NCBI GenBank assembly: GCA_038496445.1
Contig: JALMLS010000477.1
Location: 62,001-126,000 of the forward strand
DNA: 64,000 nt
Source: Trichosphaerium sp. ATCC 40318
Taxonomy: Eukaryota; Protista; Tubulinea
Direction of reading: 5' to 3'
Of the stretch, positions 1 through 64,000 are shown one piece after another. The notes under the pieces are model-generated. The model saw only the letters and a program-made list of their open reading frames with translations, did no database searches and was not told where the DNA came from. The position numbers and the translations under genes were made by a program. Each line of letters begins with the position of its first letter. Position 1 is the stretch's first letter.

Positions 1-64000
<64,000 letters not shown>

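Overview
This 64,000-nt window contains no recognisable genetic information. It is two abutting near-perfect homopolymers: poly(A) at 1-9526, interrupted by 8 isolated T's, and poly(C) at 9527-64000, interrupted only by sporadic A's. I saw no G anywhere on the + strand. The A interruptions are dense just after the junction (about 9.5-12.5 kb), absent from 16934 to 47133 (about 30.2 kb of apparently pure C), and increasingly frequent from about 47 kb to the window end. No CDS, RNA gene, mobile element, CRISPR array or regulatory element can be supported, and I found no evidence of a novel biological system. The most likely explanation (inference, not provable from the sequence alone) is a technical artefact: a junk long-read basecall, an assembly or polishing error, or synthetic/filler sequence. 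Positions were read by eye, so an isolated substitution may have been missed.
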